This document shows, piece after piece, positions 58,645-58,785 of a DNA stretch of 58,785 nucleotides; within the stretch, counting starts at the first letter, position 1; each line of letters starts with the position of its first letter. A model generated the notes under the pieces. That model was not told where the DNA came from, did no database searches, and worked only from the letters and a program-made list of their open reading frames with translations. This DNA comes from Chlamydiota bacterium. Its GTDB lineage: Bacteria > Chlamydiota > Chlamydiia > Chlamydiales > SM23-39. Where the stretch lies: NCBI GenBank assembly GCA_031423235.1, contig JANPFC010000148.1, forward strand, positions 1 through 58,785, written 5' to 3'. Position numbers and translations under genes: made by a program.

Positions 58645-58785
58645 CTTGTCGTTACCCACAAATGTTAAGCAAATATTTTGAATCCTCAACAGCCCATGCT
58701 CATGCCAAGCTCCACTCCTCTGCGCATATCTCGCAGTCTGAGCCACCCATACCAGAGAGTCTGCCATCCAGGATTGCCGTCTGAT
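58645..58785 (-). mobile_element. End of an IS4-family (IS50/Tn5-like) insertion sequence, extending beyond the window
   Basis: 19-bp end CTTGTCGTTACCCACAAAT matches the IS50 outside end CTGACTCTTATACACAAGT at 11/19; transposase C-terminus lies just inside. Confidence 0.75.
58686..58784 (-). CDS. C-terminal fragment of an IS4/Tn5-family transposase (partial, window edge)
   Basis: Manual translation SDGNPGWQTLWYGWLRLRDMRRGVELGMSMGC* matches the DG.PGW.TLW.G..RL motif of Tn5-like dimerisation domains. Confidence 0.8.
   Translation of the reverse strand, partial: SDGNPGWQTLWYGWLRLRDMRRGVELGMSMGC

Overview
Chromosomal segment of an environmental Chlamydiota genome. The assignment rests on Slc1/CT043-like, CT253-like, SpoIID-like and yidC-linked dnaA genes, plus mgtE-DUF721-gyrB-gyrA; family names are recalled from protein motifs, not from a database search. 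Core genes are spoIID, ruvB, dcd, an ftsB-like gene, two CNNM/CBS genes, iscS, a PP2C phosphatase, glgX, dnaA, yidC, typA, mgtE and gyrBA. A complete classical menaquinone set (menG-F // D // H-B-A-C-E) is split by two accessory blocks. These carry a two-partner secretion pair, a FecR-domain protein, a catalytically degenerate CHASE2 cyclase, signal-peptide-bearing enzymes and candidate effectors. The most novel signal is non-coding: intergenic long palindromes built from 8-9-nt periodic motifs at about 140, 10480, 21340, 34050 and 42870. One copy encloses an internally deleted GxxExxY (PD-(D/E)XK-like) nuclease gene between 63-bp perfect inverted repeats and carries a nested TA-flanked 164-bp MITE. 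This suggests a REPIN/RAYT-like system associated with GxxExxY proteins. Other highlights are a WNK-like kinase beside Slc1, and an IS4/Tn5-like element end, missed by the ORF track, that truncates the last ORF. No rRNA, tRNA or CRISPR array was recognised.
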